Position numbers and translations under genes: made by a program. A stretch of 63,274 nt of DNA, filler included, from Lenisia limosa (Eukaryota > Protista > Breviatea), in NCBI GenBank assembly GCA_001655205.1. It is 10 parts of 10 records of this genome, joined end to end, with 100 filler letters (N's around TTAATTAATTAA, not from the genome) between each part and the next. Parts side by side here need not be neighbours in the genome. Positions count along the whole stretch, not along the records: positions 48,371 to 54,996 come from LPNZ01010305.1; positions 55,097 to 63,274 come from LPNZ01006805.1; 8 more parts are not named here. The stretch is one strand, 5' to 3'. Below the pieces are notes generated by a model. The model worked only from the letters and a program-made list of their open reading frames with translations. It had not been told where the DNA came from and ran no database searches. Positions 49,532-62,703 of this stretch are shown here, piece by piece. Position 1 is the first letter of the stretch, and each line of letters opens with the position of its first letter.

Positions 49532-52500
49532 ATGATGCTGAATATTGCCATTTATTTGGTTTTGCTCCTCGGCCTCTCCTCTGCCGAAATCCCAGGTAAC
49601 GAAAGTTCTTTTATGTTCTTTTCATGATTCACCCTGATATCCACAACTTAAATGAATTTTAGGTAGCAGAATCGGTTATAATTATTTATTTCTCAAAGCG
49701 AAAAGAGATTGATATTTTGCGATTGGGTCAATGAAATATACAATTTCGGCAATTTACCACTTTCACATCATCTTGAACCGTTCTCTGATCAAGTCTAATC
49801 CTCATTTTTAGAACCCAATTCGGCCTTTCCATCTGAGTCATATTTTGCTGTGAGTTATGATCGAGGATGTTAAATAAAAATGACTTGTTCTTGAGAATAC
49901 GTTTTGGAAATCAACTGAATTGCTACTCGCTTTGTTGCCTGACTTTCCAGGGTGCCGAACATGATAGCGCGTTTTTGTTTTGGTTCCTCAGTTTTGTGGT
50001 TCTACTTTCCACCCCCTTCTACGTCTGGGCCAGATATGTGTTGAAAATAATCAAAAGTGGGAAGAGAGTTGGTGTATCATAGAAATGCTATTACTTCTCA
50101 TTTATGCTGTACAGTGAGGCTCATTACTTCTCATTTATCTTGTACAGTGATTCTTGACCGATTGGGGTTTGGGACAATAGTTCTACCAAGGATCTTTGTA
50201 AAACGTCAACAAATCTTACTGCCCAGCTTCAAATCGACGGTACTCAATCCGCAACCGCTTCGTCATGCGGACTGCTGCGATTTCTTGCGCTTCTTTCGCA
50301 ATGTGGAGGGGGGGGGGGGGTNNNNNNNNNNNNNNNNNNNNNNNNNNNNNNNNNNNNNNNNNNNNNNNNNNNNNNNNNNNNNNNNNNNNNNNNNNNNNNN
50401 NNNNNNNTATCATTTGGATGATTCTTCTTCAAGCAAGTTCCCTTAGCAAATTCTCGGTATGGATTTACAATTGCAACATAGTCAAATTTCTCTTAAATGT
50501 TAGAATGACTTGTCCTCTGCATTAGAAGAACAAATTGAGGTTGCTACTCAAATTAAAACTGTTTCCAACGAAGCTGTTTCGGAGGTCTCACCGAACACCC
50601 TGGTGCCCATCTTTCATTGTAAGAGGTTACAGATATTTTTATTGTCTAATGTTATTCTTTACATTTCTATGGGACGTTGTTTCTGATTATCCAGTGGTAG
50701 ATGAATTGCTGAAGGAAGCTGATGCGGCTGCTCCGAGGTTCACTGAGGCCGTTGATGACGTTCAGAACAAGTTTGTAACTTACAGGTTAGGTGGTATGGA
50801 TTTTTGTGTATTGATTGTATACAACAAGGGCTTCACTTCTATCCGAAAATAGACGAATTTTCGATAAAATCGATATTTATCCGTCTGTTTCGAAACAAAG
50901 TAAAGTCCAATATACAATACTATTCATTGTTACCAAATATCTCTTGTGAACGGAAGTATTTGAGGATTNNNNNNNNNNNNNNNNNNNNNNNNNNNNNNNN
51001 NNNNNNNNNNNNNNNNNNNNNNNNNNNNNNNNNNNNNNNNNNNNNNNNNNNNNNNNNNNNNNNNNNNNNNNNNNNNNNNNNNNNNNNNNNNNNNNNNNNN
51101 NNNNNNNNNNNNNNNNNNNNNNNNNNNNNNNNNNNNNNNNNNNNNNNNNNNNNNNNNNNNNNNNNNNNNNNNNNNNNNNNNNNNNNNTAGTGATATGATA
51201 GTGTCATCTATTTTTACACCGTAGTTGTCATCTATAAATCACGATGACCATCCAGGGGAGTGATATTTGCCTTCATTATTGTGGCGTTTGGTATTGTGTC
51301 TCTACTCTACGGCCATACCACATCCACAGTGGCGTCGGATGCATGCAGTGCTGTAATCGCGTTCAACACCGAAACTACTGCAAGGGTTCGCTTCTTTTTT
51401 GGGAGCTACATAATGCAGAATAGAATATGCTACCATACAGAAGAATGTATATACTGATAGTATATGATACACAGTATTATATATGGCGATTCATGAATCG
51501 GTAGTTTTTAAGCAAACCAGGATGATTGGCCAGAGTCGTACCAGCGATCAGCCAATACCTTGGACCTCTGGCTTCCGATGTACTCGGCCCGGCAACTGTG
51601 GCCTCTTTGCCCGAGGACAACAAGCGGTTTGTTGAATTAGTGTATTATTTCAGCGTTCTTAAAACCAATTTTGTGACCCCTTAGGTCGAAGTCTTTTGAA
51701 GTACATCGTCAAAGTGATGGAGGAGACCGAGGATGCCATCAAGACCGCTGCATCTGCTGATGTGGGGGTGGGTGGTTCTAGCCAATGTAGTAGTGAAGTC
51801 ACTCATATTCTCTTTTTTTTGGATACTAAATTATTATTATAGTAATATACATGTATGTATATGTATATATAATATGAAAAATATTATATCAGTATAAATT
51901 AGATAAAAAGCCGCTGATTAATCATTTATTGGACCGCTATCTGTGTTTCCTGGTCAAAAGCCAGTTAACTAGAACTCTCCTTGTTCTGAGACACCGCAAC
52001 TTGTTCTCATTCACCCCAGAAGCCCGGCTTGGAAACACAACTCGAGAATTGGACCGCTTTAAATACTACAGTAACCAACATGATCCGCTGTCAGATAGTC
52101 CGTGGTGCTATGGCTGATAACGAAGACTCCATATGTAACACTGCGGAGTAAGTAGGAGTTCATCATAAATAAGCAATCCTCCCGAGGTGTTCTCTGGTTA
52201 TGTTTCTCTTCACTTCCACAGATCTGCCTCTTCGTGGGTGTATTTTTTCATTTTCCTGGGGGTTCTGACGTCCGCGACTCTCGGAGGTTTGTCATTCATT
52301 GGCATCGAACGCTTCCCGGATCCACGGCTCTCCTCAGGGCTTACACAAGCGGNNNNNNNNNNNNNNNNNNNNNNNNNNNNNNNNNNNNNNNNNNNNNNNN
52401 NNNNNNNNNNNNNNNNNNNNNNNNNNNNNNNNNNNNNNNNNNNNNNNNNNNNNNNNNNNNNNNNNNNGATATATACAACACTGAATATTCCATATCATTG

Positions 52501-54810
52501 TACAGAATGCATCTCTTCTCTTCAATGAAGAAGTCGACGATAATACTCGGGCTATTCGTCAGTTCAAGTCACGAAAGCGTGCTCCCACAAACCCCATCCC
52601 CCCACCTGGTACGAGTCTTGGCATTCTTGTAATTTCCTACGGTGTTCTTGACCGTTTTAGGTACTCCTGGTTCGAAGCGATACCTTGCTGAAATGAGGAA
52701 AAACGGGTGAGTGAAGGAGAGAAGGGTAGATTCGAAGTGTAACAATATTGTATCATATCAAAATATACTATTATATTATCATATTCTATATATATGCATA
52801 TATGTATTATACTATACTATACAATATAATAATAATAATATCATATATTATATGATATACTTTACATTATATATATCATCTACTTGGGGTAAATTTTTTT
52901 TTATGTCTTAACTCGTTAATACTCCAAAACAACAATTGTAGATACGTTCATTTGCAAGACACAAGGGCACTTGTTTCCATGACCCCTGCTGAACTCTTGG
53001 CTGTTTGAGGACCTTGTATACTATCATTCAAGACCCCGTACCACTTTTTCAATGTCTTCCAGTTGTGCCTTTTCGTTGTTCCCATCAGAACCTTAATTAG
53101 AATTACCATTATGTAGCATAACCAACACATTGCTGAAATTGAAAAGCAGCGAAAGAAGAAGGAGAAAACCCTTCGTGAACAGAGGTGCGTCTGGTTGCGA
53201 TGGATTATATGGGCTATGTTGTACACTCCTTCCCCGTTTTGTGTAAAAGGGTATTTGATATACAGTGACTGTAATAAGTCTTGACCGATTTGCTATATAA
53301 TTTTCCAATGAAAATCGGTCAAGACTTATCCCGGTTACTGTGTCATGGGATTTGGTTACCTTTTGGTGTTTTCTCATCTCTGATAAACAGAAAACAAGCC
53401 GAGCTGAAAAAGCAGCGTGAATTGCGCAAAAGACGCGCAAGGGCTCGTGCACGCAAGAAGGAGAAAATGGAGGCTGCAGGAATTACCGAAGACGAAACAC
53501 CTCGTAAGCTATCATGAGAAAGCTGTATTATTGAATAATACTCCGACCTTCCTCACCCCTTAGAACCGCAAATTGAAAAGGTTCAAATCCCCAAGGGCTC
53601 TACCATCATTCCGGTTGGAGCTGGTCCGTCGCAAGATGGGGTCATTACAGGGCCCAATACGAATAGTGACGTTTACGTTGCTGCTGTCAAGGGTGGGTTT
53701 TTAATTTCTCATGTTTGAGTGTTTGCAGATTCATACACGTGTTACTCCTTACTTCCCCCCTTTGCAGCTGACCATCTCAACGCTCGGCCTGTGTCAGTGG
53801 TGGAGAAGCCGCAGCCCATGCCGCTGCCACCGGTAGTGGTGGACCAGATTAGTGTCATTGACTTTGCTTCCGAAATGGTGGGATTTGTCTACTTCATGTA
53901 CATGTATATAGCAATGAGAAATAAAAAATAAGGTTGTATCTGGCTGAAGCAGTCCACACCATCACGCNNNNNNNNNNNNNNNNNNNNNNNNNNNNNNNNN
54001 NNNNNNNNNNNNNNNNNNNNNNNNNNNNNNNNNNNNNNNNNNNNNNNNNNNNNNNNNNNNNNNNNNNNNNNNNNNNNNNNNNNNNNNNNNNNNNNNNNNN
54101 NNNNNNNNNNNNNNNNNNNNNNNNNNNNNNNNNNNNNNNNNNNNNNNNNNNNNNNNNNNNNNNNNNNNNNNNNNNNACAAAAGGCTATTCGTACAACTCA
54201 TTCTCTACGTGTTTGATGACTATTTCAGACTGTCGATATCAATGACCCCAACGTGTCAGTAATGCCTGATGACATGGACTGGGAAGGTCTTGGAATAGGT
54301 TTGAGGAACACATCAAAAACAAGCCTTTACTTTCGCTCTCTCCTGTTATCCTTTTTAGAGGAAGACGATTTGGCGATTTTTGATGACACTCAGCTCATTA
54401 ACTTGGCAAGACGAGCAACCAGGTATGCTAATCTTCCAAAAGGGAATTAATACATGTTGCTATCTTTATTTTTCCTTTTTGTTCCACATCTTTCCATTTT
54501 TTCGCTACCCTCTCCCGGTGTCACTATTCACCCCCCCCCCCAGGGCTGCCTTTGTTGCCCGGTACGGTGAAGAAGCCAATCGCCTTGCGGATTTGGAGGA
54601 AGACGAGGCCGATACTGAGGGTATAAAGGGGGCACGATTACCTGGTTTTATTCATGTATCCTTGATAACAATGACACTGCAGTCCAACCTTCACCTTCAC
54701 CTCCAACATTACGACTCACAACACCACCCGAAGAAAAATCTCTGTCCGAATCCCCTTCAGAAGAAAGTCCGAAAAAAGAATATCGTCCCCCGACACTCAA
54801 CCCAGTCTAA
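49532..54810 (+). CDS. Tweety/prominin-like multi-TM membrane protein with a long cytoplasmic tail
   Basis: Signal peptide MMLNIAIYLVLLLGLSSA; TM exons; STVASDAC after a TM helix; NMIRCQIVRGAMADNEDSIC before the last TM (WVYFFIFLGVLTSATLGGLSFIGI); basic coiled-coil and acidic tail ending PTLNPV*. Confidence 0.55.
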
Positions 54811-54969
54811 GTTAAATGTTAGGTTATGGTAACCTGTGGTGAAGCACTTTCCTTTTAAGTTAATTAAGCTCATATGTACATCGCTCTATCTTTTATCCCT
54901 ATGGTTTGCAGCAAGTGGGCATTCCAAATCTCCATTGGAAAACTAATGTACAAACATGTTACAACATAC

Positions 54970-57900
54970 TAACTAGAGTTCTGGGTTGTCGGAGGTNNNN
55001 NNNNNNNNNNNNNNNNNNNNNNNNNNNNNNNNNNNNNNNNTTAATTAATTAANNNNNNNNNNNNNNNNNNNNNNNNNNNNNNNNNNNNNNNNNNNNGCTG
55101 TACAACAACGTCATGCCTAATACTGCTGATTCGTCGCGGAGAATTCTGAAAATAGTATTTTTTTTTTATTTCGATTGCTCATCTGAACTTTTAGACCCAG
55201 AAACTCCAGTGTTCTGAGGTTTGTGTTCAACTTAATACAAAGAATTTCTTCGAGGTGTCACCAAGAGTTTCAAACCTATCAAAAAAATTGTTCCGCTCAA
55301 AACAGTATCTGGTTTGAAGAATGACCTTTCCAGTATTCTAAAAACTATTTCAAATTCCTTTATGGATAAAAAAACAAAAGAGAACCGAGTTTTATTGAAC
55401 CAGGGGTCGACATAAATGGAATAAGTTCAGTTCAGTTCATTTCAGTTCAGTGATTTTTTTGTGTGTTTTATTATCCCAAGAATTTTTCTTCTCTTATTTA
55501 ACAGCCATTTGTAAATAAAACTGGGCAATTTTTGGGATATATATCGCAATTATGATGAAATATACGAAAAAAAAAAAGTCCGATGTTCACGGTCAGGTGA
55601 CGTGCCTTATATATATGCAAATATATATCGTTGTATGTATATATAGTACATGTATGTATGATATAATATAATTAGGTATAATATAGCTATATTATACTAT
55701 TTTCAATTCAAACAACCTACCTTAACAAGGGGCTTAAGCAGTTCGTCAACGTCAGCGCGACGTCTGCACGATTCCAAGTCTAGTGACTTGAGGATTTCGG
55801 ACAGTGATTGGATGAAAGTCATTGATGGCGACTGTAGGGGATGAAAATTGGTTTATCTGTTGAAAACCGTGCAGAAACTAACACAAAAATGATTGGATAG
55901 AAGTTAATTGATAGAAAACAAAAAAATACATTATGTAAGATGGAAATGTTATACTTAGGGCTTCCCTACAGTCCCAAAAAGACCGGTTACATATCGATAG
56001 TTATCGAGGATTTATCAAGAAATTCCGTCTTTTTGGGGACCGAAGGGAAGCCCAAGTTATATTCTACTCCCTTCCCCACTGTAAGGGGAGCAATATCGAC
56101 GACAACCAGTTTCTCGACAAAATGCGGTGTTTGGAGGCCGAGACACATTCCCACTGCACCCCCCTAGAAATTGGGTGAATATATAGCAATGAAAAATAAA
56201 AAAATAAGTTTATATCTGGCCGAAGCCGTCCAATCCATCACGCTTAAAAAAGATATTGGATTATAGTATAATATGACATTGTGTGAATAGAAATCAGAAT
56301 CCCTTCCAATATCTAATACAAAAGCAGCTTACCAGAGAATGTCCAACAATGCAGGCTTTGTCATGACCAGTATCGGCCATCACCTTCCTCACATCTGCTG
56401 CCATGTCTATAGACCATATTAGGAAAGTACTCATGGCTGCATGCAATATAAGGAAAGTATCAATATTCATGCTATAATAGGAAATTATCCATGATAGTGT
56501 CTCAAATGGGGGTCCTCGTTGCAATGTGTCCCCTTCATATTGTGAAATAAAGTTCTCAATTAATTGCATGAAGTCCTAATAGTATATCATATATGACGAC
56601 GCCCCAAGCATAACCGTGAGGCTAATAGTATATCTTCACACCCCTTGATATGATTATTATTGTTATTATAAAATTTGAAAACGTGATATTAATATCTCGA
56701 CTTAGTGCAATTAATTTTTTTGAAGAAATTAATCAACACAATTGGAAACTAAAGTCTTTATAATGTCTTCGGCTCGAAAAATACCAGTAAAATAGCGATA
56801 GTTTTCGAGGATTTATCGAGAAATCAGTCTTTATGAACCGAAGTGAAGCCCTAACAATTTCCGACTTCCAACCTTGCAATTACTTTTTACTGCACAGATC
56901 CCTAGAAATATCCATTACGACCCTCACATACCTGGAAGACTCATAGTATGCATCCAAGGGCTCTGTCCATGATTTCTTAAATCGCAGGCAATTACCTTGG
57001 GATTTAATACGAAAAATGTGTAGAAATAAGAATACCGAAGATGGTATCTAGCTGAAGTCCACAGCATTCATTTTATAAAAAATTTCCTCACCATTCACAT
57101 AACGTATGGAAATAGTTGTCATTTATACTCTCAAAAGTAAAGAACCTCTCACTTTCCTATAGGTTCTATCAGCAATTCTTTGTGCGACTTTCCTGAAGTT
57201 CATATTCCGGCCAAACATTCCTAAAATTTGAGAACAGAATGGGTTCTGCTAGGACAAGCGATTTCCTGGCTAATTCATCCGCCGTTTTCATACAGAACCC
57301 ATTGGGTTGGTGTAATTAATTAATTTTGACTTATAAGGTGAGCCTTATTTTCACAAAAACTACAGTTTAGACCCTTTCATTTTGATTTTGAAAGTAGGTA
57401 TCTTGATGATAACTCAACTTCAGACCCTCTAACTTCAAATTTCAATCAAAGTAGTGTGGATTATGAGCACACAAGTTTTTGAATAAGTTGCAAACAGTCA
57501 TATGGTAAATTACAAGTTCAATAGATCTCTTATCATATTATCAACTTTCAACTAATTTCCTAATGTAATTGTTTTGAAGTGACAAATATCCTAATTATCA
57601 TCAAAGTGACACAAAAGTTCAATAGATAGGATGCAATTGGATTGTTGATTTTTATTTCAACTAATTTCCTTATTTTGCTGAAAATTGAAATCAAAATTTT
57701 ACTTTTCATCTGTAAATTGGAAGAATGGAATTTTCAAAAATTAATTATTGAAAATAGAAAATTAGATTATTATTGTAGTATCATATGCAAATGCATATGG
57801 TTTGTATGAAACGTGTAAATGTCTAGTTTTCCATGAAGCGCGATGGCTATTGTATTTATCATTTCCATACATGTACATAGTATATGGTAGCTATAATATT

Positions 57901-58486
57901 TAATCTACGAAACAATTTGATATTTAATCAACTCTCGTAATCATCTCAAACAAAAGGCAAAAAAAACAATCCCATGACATTCAAACAACCAACCATGGAG
58001 CATGATCACCGGTGCAATGCCTTCTTTGGGGTCTTCCGACATATACGTCTCATAGTTAAGATCAGCAACAGGCAAAGTGGCTTGACATGGTTCTGTGGCT
58101 GGGAATGGAAGGGCGTTATCGTTGACATTGTTCGATAATGATCGTTTGAGAAGCGATGTTGCGCCAAAAGAGCCTCTGATGAGTCCTTGAGGGGAGAGAC
58201 TGGGGAGGAGATGTAGAAGTGAGATCATCACCACCTTATTGGAAATCTACTCTTTATACCGTGTTTTCGTTTGCAATAACCGTATTTATTTTTATAGTGC
58301 TACACGCGCAGGGCTTCTCTATGGTCTGAAAAAGACCGATAAAATATCGATATTTATCGAGGATTTATCGAGATATTCGGTCTTTTAAAAGAGGCATGGT
58401 ACAAAATTATACCCTTTTTAGGTAGCTTTACTGAGTTTTGCCTCTTCCTTGCTTTAATAGGACAGTTTTATACCCACCAAACTCAT
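54970..58486 (-). CDS. ABHD11: Alpha/beta hydrolase ABHD11-like, with a mitochondrial-type presequence
   Basis: PVIMLHG|MFGRNMNFRKVAQRIA, VIACDLRNHGQSP, CIVGHSL|GGAVGM...VEKLVVVDIAP. The 3' end near the gap is uncertain. Confidence 0.85.
55956..56053. mobile_element. ~100-bp MITE family 2 (TAGGGCTTC...GAAGCCCTA); other copies at 28883-28980, 59499-59596 and 56767-56853, partial copies at about 22619, 22898, 50828, 58310 and 60489
   Basis: Inverted termini and a shared core (tcgatatttatcgaggatttatcgagaaatt) in both orientations. Confidence 0.8.
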
Positions 58487-58535
58487 TTATCAGGACAAAA
58501 CTCCAAATTTCTAAACCACTCCAGACATAACAACG

Positions 58536-61500
58536 ATGGTAAGATCATTATCATGGAGCGTATTCGTAACTTCTCCTGACTTTTGGGATAACTATGACTT
58601 TGTAGAAAGGAATCCAAGCTGTGATATTTGACTGTGACGGTGTTCTTGTTGATTCCGAGCCTTTCTCGTAAGTCGGATCTAGTAGGTGCTAATGTGGCAC
58701 GAGCTACAATCTCAATTGAATTAATGGGCATAACGAGAACTTTATTCCATCATAAGAGACATTGTGTGAAAGCGGCTGGCCGAAGCCGTCCGCGCCATCT
58801 CGAATGATAAAAATTATTAATACAGTGCCAATGAAAATTGGTCAAGACTTATCCCGGTCACTTTATATACTGTTCTTTACCCTTTGCTAACAAACTGAAT
58901 ATTTATATGGCGAGATGGTATGATAGAATGTACGTTTTTATTGATTATTATTTGAACAAAAGAAAAATATAAATTACAACTACATTCCCTTTCTTTTTGG
59001 TCTCCATTGAGATTAGGATAATACAGATAACGCCTCTATTGAAAAGGATCATAGATCATAAAAATCCGGCTGTCTCCGACACAATAGGGAGTGTTAAAGA
59101 TCTAGATGATCAGATATCTATTACATGGGGTCCACGATCTAGATATGCCCCCCCTCCGCAACCCTGCTCTATCCCTTATTTGAAGTTGAATTATTCACAG
59201 TTTGATTGGGATAAGTCTTGACCGATTTGCTATGTGATTTCCCAAGGATACTCGGTCAAGACTTATCCCGGTCACTATACATGGTTTTCACGATCCAGAT
59301 GTGGAGCTCTTCGTGATGCTTACCTCCAACTCTACAATGTGGACATGGGAACAGTGGGGGGGGGGGTAATTCTACAGTAATTCGAAAGAATTTCTATGAA
59401 GAAGAGTAGGTGGGGCGGTGGATTACATTACAGTATAGTCATTAGAAATATTGAAGCAACCCTACAATGATGACATAGGAACACTGTAGGTGTTGTATTA
59501 GGCTTCCCTACGGTCCCAAAAAAGATTGAATTTCTCGATAAATCCTTGATAAATATCGATATTTATCAGTCTTTTTCGGACCGCAGGGAAGCCGTACGTT
59601 GTATATTATCAGACTATCTCATCCATGTACCTATTTATTGTGACCGGGACCGATTATCCTTGGGAAGCCTCATCCTGGTACTTTATTCTACTACTTGTAA
59701 TAATGAAACTTTAGAACTATGAAAGTGTGCTTGGCAAAAGTATGAAGGATGTCATACGTCTGCTTGGTGAAAAGCATGGTAAGAGGAGGTCTCCAGATGC
59801 AACCCATCATTATTCATATCTCCAGATATACCTTATGAATAAATTTATCTTATTTTTTATTTTTTTTTATTATTTTATTATTTTCTATTTTTATTGTTTT
59901 TGTTTTTATTTCATATTCAGACACTATGATGACATATTCAGACACCCCCTATGATGACGAGGCCATTGGTGCGATCACTGAGGTGAAGGAAAAGCTCTAT
60001 TTTGAGAGTTCTGCTGGTGAGCGAGGAAGAATGAGTAGCAATGAAAAAGGGGTCAAATTCCAAGAATGTCAATGGCGGTGCCAGAGAAAAGAACGCGCTT
60101 TGGCATGATATGGATGGCTTCGGCCAGATACCCTTCATATTTCCANNNNNNNNNNNNNNNNNNNNNNNNNNNNNNNNNNNNNNNNNNNNNNNNNNNNNNN
60201 NNNNNNNNNNNNNNNNNNNNNNNNNNNNNNNNNNNNNNNNNNNNNNNNNNNNNTGTTCGACCTTTTGTATTGCTATCCAACAGGGTTAATTTTGGGCTTT
60301 ATCTGCGTTCAAATGTTTCCGATTTTACTCCCCCCGGACACCAAAATTCTTCATCGAAATTTCCTTTGTTTCACTCCCCAGGAAAAATGGGGACATTCAA
60401 GGGTATTAACGAGCTCATTGACGCCGGTCGCCAGATGAAGCTAGGACTTGGTGGGGAGTATCAAGGGGGGCTATAAATTGAATACAACTAGGGGTTCCCT
60501 GCAGTCCGAAAAAACCTGTAAAACATCGATATTTCTACGATCAAGGGGGGAACCCAAATCTGATATTCATAATCGTCCGTTTACTTCCCCAGCTCTGTTC
60601 TACCCTATATTCATCATCGAAATCTCCTTCGTTTTACTCCCCCAGCTGTTGGCAGTAGCGGAACCCCGGAAAAGATCCAGTTCAATCTGGAACAAGGCAA
60701 TCTAAGTGGCAAATTCGACCATGTGGTGGGGGGGGGGGGGGNNNNNNNNNNNNNNNNNNNNNNNNNNNNNNNNNNNNNNNNNNNNNNNNNNNNNNNNNNN
60801 NNNNNNNNNNNNNNNNNNNNNNNNNNNNNNNNNNNNNNNNNNNNNNNNNNNNNNNNNNNNNNNNNNNNNNNNNNNNNNNNNNNNNNNNNTTTAATAAATT
60901 ATTATAATAGTGATGGGATGCAGTTCCTCAGAAGCGACTGGCCTGTGCTCTGTTTGTTTTGTTGTTTTCAACTGTAGTGTGTTGCCAGCCAATAGAGTTG
61001 ATTTTGGGGTTTTTTTTTAAAAAAAAATTTCCAATTTTACTCCGCACCCCCTCCAGGTGAGTGCAAGTGAAGTAGCCCGGGGTAAGCCGCACCCCGATCT
61101 GTTCCAGGAGGCAGCCAAGAGACTCAACGCAACTTCTGAGAAATGCAGTGGGAGGGGGGGGTAATAATTTATCGATCTACTATTACTAATTTTTAGGACT
61201 CCTCGTTCACATCACGCTGATAAGAGATATTGAATTAGTATATAATATAGTATATAGCTTACACATATAGTATATTATTAATTCACCCAATCATTTGCCT
61301 TACAACTCTGCACACAGAGCTTCATGGAGGGGGGTGTTATATGTTATAATATATATCAATATATCATTACTAATACAGAAAAAGCCAGAAATAGCAAAGG
61401 AACGTATATATTATACTATATGAAATCAATCTCCATTTTGTGATAAATATATATAATATATAATATCATATCTTGTAGTAGTATAGTTTGGTTATTATCA

Positions 61501-62522
61501 ACCCTCGTGTTTTGTCAGCCAACAGATTTATTTTGGGCTCTTTTGTTTCAAAAATTTTCAATTTTACTCCCCCCCCCCCCNNNNNNNNNNNNNNNNNNNN
61601 NNNNNNNNNNNNNNNNNNNNNNNNNNNNNNNNNNNNNNNNNNNNNNNNNNNNNNNNNNNNNNNNNNNNNNNNNNNNNNNNNNNNNNNNNNNNNNNNNNNN
61701 NNNNNNNNNNNNNNNNNTGGGTGCATATGCTGTTGGAGTATGGGGGTGTGGTATCGTTATTATAGAGATACGATGCTATTGATTTTGACTGTGACATTAT
61801 TGTAAGATGTACAGTGGCCGGGATAAGTCTGGACCGATTTGTGATTTCCCATGGAAAATCGGGCAAGACTATCCCGGTCATTGTATACCTATGATATTAT
61901 ATGTGGATATTATATCATCTACGCATGGAGTATATTACAGCTCCCCCCTCCATCTGCNNNNNNNNNNNNNNNNNNNNNNNNNNNNNNNNNNNNNNNNNNN
62001 NNNNNNNNNNNNNNNNNNNNNNNNNNNNNNNNNNNNNNNNNNNNNNNNNNNNNNNNNNNNNNNNNNNNNNNNNNNNNNNNNNNNNNNNNNNNNNNNNNNN
62101 NNNNNNNNNNAATTTTCCAATTGTACCCCCCCTCCTTCCAAAATTTACTTTTTTTTAGCTCCTCGGAACATTCCCCCGGGAACAGCTTGAGGCGGAGGGA
62201 GCAGACCTCATTATTTCGGGTTTGGGGAGGAGGGGGGTAAAATTGGGAAACAAGAAAGAAATCAACTCTGTTGGCTTCTACATCACCACATCCCAACGGA
62301 GTAACGGGATCTGCAGAAGAGATTGGCCTGGGAGTTGTTTGAAGTTTCCACCCTTAACCAGCAGTTGATTTGGGTCGGTCAAGACTTATCACGGTCACTG
62401 TCTTTCATATTTCTTTACATCTCAAGTATTTGGTGATGATAGTACCTATTTTTTTCTTTCTCATCTCTTTATACTATGACATCTTAGATTTCACTGAGCT
62501 TGACTTGAGAAAATTTGCCTAG
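58536..62522 (+). CDS. HAD-superfamily (subfamily IA) phosphatase, beta-phosphoglucomutase/HDHD-like
   Basis: M|KGIQAVIFDCDGVLVDSEPF (DxDG motif I), AVGSSG (motif II), SEVARGKPHPDLFQEAAKRL (motif III), LEAEGADLIIS|DFTELDLRKFA*. Confidence 0.9.
60978..61057 (+). repeat. ~70-bp G/C-run repeat family (cagccaacagagttgattttggg...ttccaattttactcccc); copies at 9957-10024 (-), about 25265 (-), 60270, 61505, 62110 and 62230 (-)
   Basis: Alignable copies, located next to splice sites. Confidence 0.7.
61812..61883. mobile_element. ~78-bp Tc1/mariner-like MITE (family 1); other copies at 1102-1172, 26182-26259, 53263-53340 and 59198-59277, partial copies at 58823-58863 and 62375-62400
   Basis: TIR CAGTGACCGGGATAAGTCTTGACCGATTT. 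This copy is flanked by TA on both sides. CAGTG ends with a TA target are typical of Tc1/mariner. Confidence 0.8.
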
Positions 62523-62703
62523 GGCTATGATTATGGTTTGGTTATGGTTTATGGTGTTAGCTAGGAGATGCATTATTAACATCATGAGGTAGTAGAATAG
62601 TTCTGGGGACCTCTACCCCTCTCCCTCTCCCTGTCAAGTCTTTCTCAGCCTCCCTAACTGCTATAATATTTTTTTAAAAAATACCACCATTGTTTGAGAG
62701 GTT

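Noticed and set aside
58483-58731. Minus-strand 82-aa ORF
   Set aside because: Antisense to the first exons of the HAD gene, which carry the DxDG motif.
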